Origin: an uncultured Acidimicrobiia bacterium
GTDB taxonomy: Bacteria > Actinomycetota > Acidimicrobiia > Acidimicrobiales > SZUA-35
NCBI GenBank assembly: GCA_963781035.1
Contig: CAWAEN010000002.1
Location: 20,998-84,997, forward strand
Direction of reading: 5' to 3'
DNA length: 64,000 nt
Positions 60,373 to 64,000 of this stretch are shown here, piece by piece (position 1 is the first letter of the stretch; the number at the start of each line of letters is the position of its first letter). The position numbers were made by a program, and so were the translations under genes. The notes beneath the pieces were generated by a model. It worked only from the letters and a program-made list of their open reading frames with translations, searched no databases and was not told the origin of the DNA.

Positions 60373-61543
60373 TCAAATGGCGGGGTGGGGAGAAGCCGTC
60401 TGGGATCAGAACGTCGTCCGGCGAGAGCTCGCTGATCGACGACTTGCCGAGACCGAGCAGCGTCGAGTCCAAACCGCTTCGCAGCACGTCCAACACGTTC
60501 TCCACCCCGGCCTGGCCGTTGGCCGCCAGACCCCACAGGTAGGCCCGCCCGATCATCACCGCGTCTGCCCCGAGAGCAAGCGCCTTGGCCACGTCGCTCC
60601 CCCGGCGGATCCCACCGTCCATCAGGATCTGCACCTGTCCACCCACGGCGTCACGGATCTCGGGCAACACCCGGATCGGGGCCGGCGAACCGTCGATGTT
60701 GTTGCCGCCGTGATTCGACACCGAGATCGCCGAGGCACCGGCGTCGACGGCCCGGCGAGCCTCGTCGGCCCGACCGATGCCCTTCACCATGAACTCGCCG
60801 CCCCACTCCTCGCGGAGCGACGCAACATCGTCCCAGCTCGGCGGTGGTGTTCCCATCCAGGCTCCGTATGCCTCGAAGAACCCGGGCGCCGGTTCGCCCA
60901 GCGCGCCGAAGTTCGGGACACCGAGGCCGGGCAACGCTCCCGACTTGACCCAATCGAGCAGCCAAGCCGGCCGAGTCGCCACGTCCGGGGCGTGGATGAG
61001 GGCCGTCTTGAGGTCGATTCGCTCGGGGATCGCCGGACTCCCCCAGTCACGCCCGTGAGAGAACGACCAGTCGAGCGTCAGGATCAAGCCGGTGGCCCCC
61101 GCATCCTTCGCCCTCTGCATCCTGGCCGACATCGAGTCGCGATCACCGGCCCAGTAGATCTGGAAGAACAGACTGTGGTTGGCTTGGATGACCTCCTCGA
61201 TGGGTTTGCTGCCGAACGAACTGAGCCCGATCGGGATCCCACGTGCCGCCGACGCCCGTGCCACCGCGACCTCGCCGTCTGGGTGGACGGCCTGCACCCC
61301 GGTCGGTGAGATCGCGACCGGCATCGACGCCGGCTGACCCATGATCGTCGTCGACATGTCCCTCGTCGCCGACTGCCCGGCGGTCACGGGGCGCAGCCCG
61401 AGCTCGTCGAAGGCAGAGAGATTGTCGTTCATCGACAGCCCGGCCTCGGAACCGGCGACCAACGCTCCGTACACCGAACGAGGCAGGCGCTTCTTTGCCC
61501 GCTTCTGGGCTACGGCTACGGTCTCGAACCAGTCGTTCGCCAC
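60373..61543 (-). CDS. mftD: pre-mycofactocin synthase MftD-like FMN alpha-hydroxy-acid dehydrogenase (end approximate)
   Basis: WFETVAVAQKRAKKRLP.SVY.AL.AGSE, SPTGVQAVHPDGE, LDWSFSHGRDWGSP, SNHGGN, DGGIRRG. Confidence 0.85.
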
Positions 61544-61631
61544 GTTGGTCTCCTACTCAGACGGAAACGCGGACGATAGACCCCTTGCCGCGGACAGCGA
61601 CAATGCCGACGGCCGAGTTCACGATCGCCGG

Positions 61632-62417
61632 TCAATCCGGCGGACGAACGGCGACGCCGGCGGCCATCAGCGCCCGCTTGGCATCGGCGACCGTCGCCTC
61701 ACCGAAGTGGAAGATGCTGGCGGCGAGAACGGCAGTCGCCCCACCCTCGATCGCGCCGGGGGCGAAATCGTCGACGCCGCCGACTCCGCCAGAGGCGATG
61801 ATCGGTACACCGACCGCATCGGCGACCGCTCTGGTCATCTCGAGATCGAAGCCGTCGCGGGTGCCGTCACGGTCGATCGAGTTGACCATGATCTCGCCGG
61901 CCCCCAGTTCGACGACCCGTTCGACCCACTCGATGGCGTCGATCCCCGTGGCCTCGCGGCCGCCCTTCACGAAGATCTCGAAACCGCTGGCCGTGTGGTC
62001 CGATCGCTTCGCATCGATCGCCACGACACAACACTGTGATCCGAACTCGGCAGCGATCTCGGCCACCAGCTCCGGCCTGGCAACCGCGGCCGAGTTGACC
62101 GACACCTTGTCGGCCCCGGCCCGAAGCAGTGTTCTCGCGTCGTCGACGGTGCGGATGCCGCCGCCGATCGTGAACGGAATGAACACCTGCTCGGCAACGG
62201 CGCGGGCCATCTCGACCGTGGTGTCTCGTCGCTCGTGTGACGCGGTGATGTCGAGGAAGACCAGCTCGTCGGCACCTTGCTCGTCGTAGCGGGCCGCCAG
62301 CTCGACGGGATCGCCGGCGTCGCGGATGCCGACGAAGTTGACACCCTTCACCACTCGGCCCTGATCGACGTCGAGGCAGGGAATGACGCGAATGACGATT
62401 TCCGGTGCTGCGGTCAC
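61632..62417 (-). CDS. hisF: imidazole glycerol phosphate synthase cyclase subunit
   Basis: [41 protein letters not shown]. Confidence 0.97.
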   Translation of the reverse strand: MTAAPEIVIRVIPCLDVDQGRVVKGVNFVGIRDAGDPVELAARYDEQGADELVFLDITASHERRDTTVEMARAVAEQVFIPFTIGGGIRTVDDARTLLRAGADKVSVNSAAVARPELVAEIAAEFGSQCCVVAIDAKRSDHTASGFEIFVKGGREATGIDAIEWVERVVELGAGEIMVNSIDRDGTRDGFDLEMTRAVADAVGVPIIASGGVGGVDDFAPGAIEGGATAVLAASIFHFGEATVADAKRALMAAGVAVRPPD

Positions 62418-63160
62418 GTGCGATCTCCCTCATCGAGCGCAGCGAGTGCGTCCAGCGCCTCGCGAACCGTGAACACGCCCTCGTACAGGGCCCGGCCGGT
62501 GATGGCGCCGGCGAAGCGTCGACCGTCGACCGAGATGGCTGCGAGCGTCGTCATGTGCGCCACCGTACCGATGCCGCCGGAAGCGATCACGGGTATTTCG
62601 GTTGCGGACAACAGCGCTGACAGCCCCTCGACATCGGGGCCGGCCAGTGTTCCGTCGACCGAGATCTCGGTGACGACCAGCGCCTCGACACCGGCGTCGG
62701 CGAATTCGGCGGCCAAGTCCTTGACCGTGCGGCCACTTCGTGCTGTCCAACCGTGGGTGGCCACCTCGTCACCGCGGGCGTCGAGGCCGACGGCGACGGC
62801 ATACTCGGCCGCCACCTGGCTGACGAGTTCCGGCTTCTCCACGGCCGCCGAACCGATCACGACTCTGGCCACCCCCAGATCGAAGAGCGACTTCGCCGCA
62901 TCGAGCGAGCGCACGCCCCCGCCGACCTGGACCGGAACGTTCACCGCAGCACAGATCTCGGCAATGACGGATCGATTGACCGGATCGCCCGACTTCGCAG
63001 CGTCGAGGTCGACGACATGGAGCCACTCGGCACCCTCATCGACGAATGCGCGCGCCTGTGCTGCAGGATCGGTCCCATAGACCGTCTCCCGGCCGTAGTC
63101 CCCCTGGTACAGACGGACGGCGTTGCCGCCACGAAGATCGATTGCCGGGTAGAGGATCAT
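62414..63160 (-). CDS. hisA: ProFAR isomerase
   Basis: [35 protein letters not shown]. Confidence 0.93.
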   Translation of the reverse strand: MILYPAIDLRGGNAVRLYQGDYGRETVYGTDPAAQARAFVDEGAEWLHVVDLDAAKSGDPVNRSVIAEICAAVNVPVQVGGGVRSLDAAKSLFDLGVARVVIGSAAVEKPELVSQVAAEYAVAVGLDARGDEVATHGWTARSGRTVKDLAAEFADAGVEALVVTEISVDGTLAGPDVEGLSALLSATEIPVIASGGIGTVAHMTTLAAISVDGRRFAGAITGRALYEGVFTVREALDALAALDEGDRT

Positions 63161-63793
63161 GATGCGTCCGATGCCAGGGCAGACGAAGTTGCCGAGGAGG
63201 GCCAGGCCCGCCCTCGCCGACTTCTCGGGATGGAACTGCGTGGCCCAGGTGGTTCCGGTTCGCACGGCCGCCGTCTGCGGTCCGCCGTATTCGCAGGTGG
63301 CCGACACCTCAGGCGCAGGCGGACCGACGAAGCTGTGCACGAAGTACATCCACGAGCCGTCGAGACCGTCGAGCAGCGGATCGCTCGCACCGACCTCGGG
63401 CGTGACGTCGATGCGGTTCCACTGCATCTGGGGCCGAATCGTGGTGGCAGGGAGCCAGTCGACTGTGCCCGGAAGGATCCCGAGCCCATCGACGCCTGGG
63501 CTCTCGACCGACCGCTCGTACATCATCTGCATACCGACACAGATCCCGATGAACGGTCGCGGATCGGCAGCGGCTTCGATGGCGACCTCGGCCAGCTTTG
63601 CGTCGTGGAGTGCCCGCATGCAGGCCCCGAAGGCGCCGACACCGGGCAGCACAACGGCTGCAGCATCGGCGATGAGTCCATGGTCGGCGGTGAGACGAGC
63701 ATCGGCTCCGACGTGGCACAGGCTCTGGTGCGCGGAGTGCAGATTGCCGATGCCGTAGTCGAGGACAGCGATGAGCGGACCGGGGGAACTCAC
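63157..63793 (-). CDS. hisH: imidazole glycerol phosphate synthase glutaminase subunit
   Basis: [35 protein letters not shown]. Confidence 0.95.
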
Positions 63794-64000
63794 CGGCTCT
63801 CGGCCGATGCATCGTCGGCCGAGACGGCGAGCGAACCCTTGGTCGACGGTACGCCACCACCCTGGATGGAGACGGCATCACGCAAGCACCGGGCCAGGCC
63901 CTTGAACGAGGCCTCGATCACATGGTGCGTGTTCCGTCCGGCCTTCATGGTCATGTGCAGCGTGATCCCGGCCGCGGTGGCGAAGCTCTGGAAGATGTGC
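63790..64000 (-). CDS. hisB: imidazoleglycerol-phosphate dehydratase, C-terminal part
   Basis: [28 protein letters not shown]. Confidence 0.92.
   Translation of the reverse strand, partial: HIFQSFATAAGITLHMTMKAGRNTHHVIEASFKGLARCLRDAVSIQGGGVPSTKGSLAVSADDASAESR

Noticed and set aside
59507-61543. 678-aa MftD-amidohydrolase fusion in the ORF track
   Set aside because: The read-through crosses an intergenic repeat and C-rich runs, with a plausible stop at ~60373 in another frame, so it is likely an indel artefact.
62414-63793. HisH-HisA fusion, and similarly the TrpB-TrpA and UvrA-GT-C fused ORFs
   Set aside because: Each partner has its own start and a stop in a neighbouring frame, so the fusions are frameshift artefacts.

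Overview
High-GC actinobacterial chromosome segment. Gene content and order suggest Acidimicrobiia, which is an inference. Many essential genes (uvrA, uvrB, polA, leuA, trp, his, tad) are split by single-base frameshifts, which looks like an unpolished long-read assembly rather than real pseudogenes, so split genes are reported as single CDS with approximate ends. The backbone carries polA-rpsA-coaE-uvrB-uvrA, an ANTAR response regulator, tRNA-Leu(CAA), a type II FAS cluster, HU, a globin, an ECF sigma/ZAS pair, leuA with a Leu-rich leader peptide, and the his/trp operons. Interleaved in this backbone are: (i) a Tad/Flp pilus system (cpaB-cpaE-cpaF-tadB-tadC) with a tandem array of three near-identical flp pilin transcription units, each with its own sigma28-like promoter and terminator, next to a GAF histidine kinase/NarL pair; (ii) four polytopic GT-C-like membrane proteins plus a flippase/GT2/methyltransferase block, a candidate pilus or surface glycosylation system; (iii) an AbiEi-N/DUF559 nuclease gene flanked by inverted copies of a ~52-bp structured repeat, with a third solo copy nearby, a candidate REP-like mobile system; (iv) orphan mftD and groES homologs.
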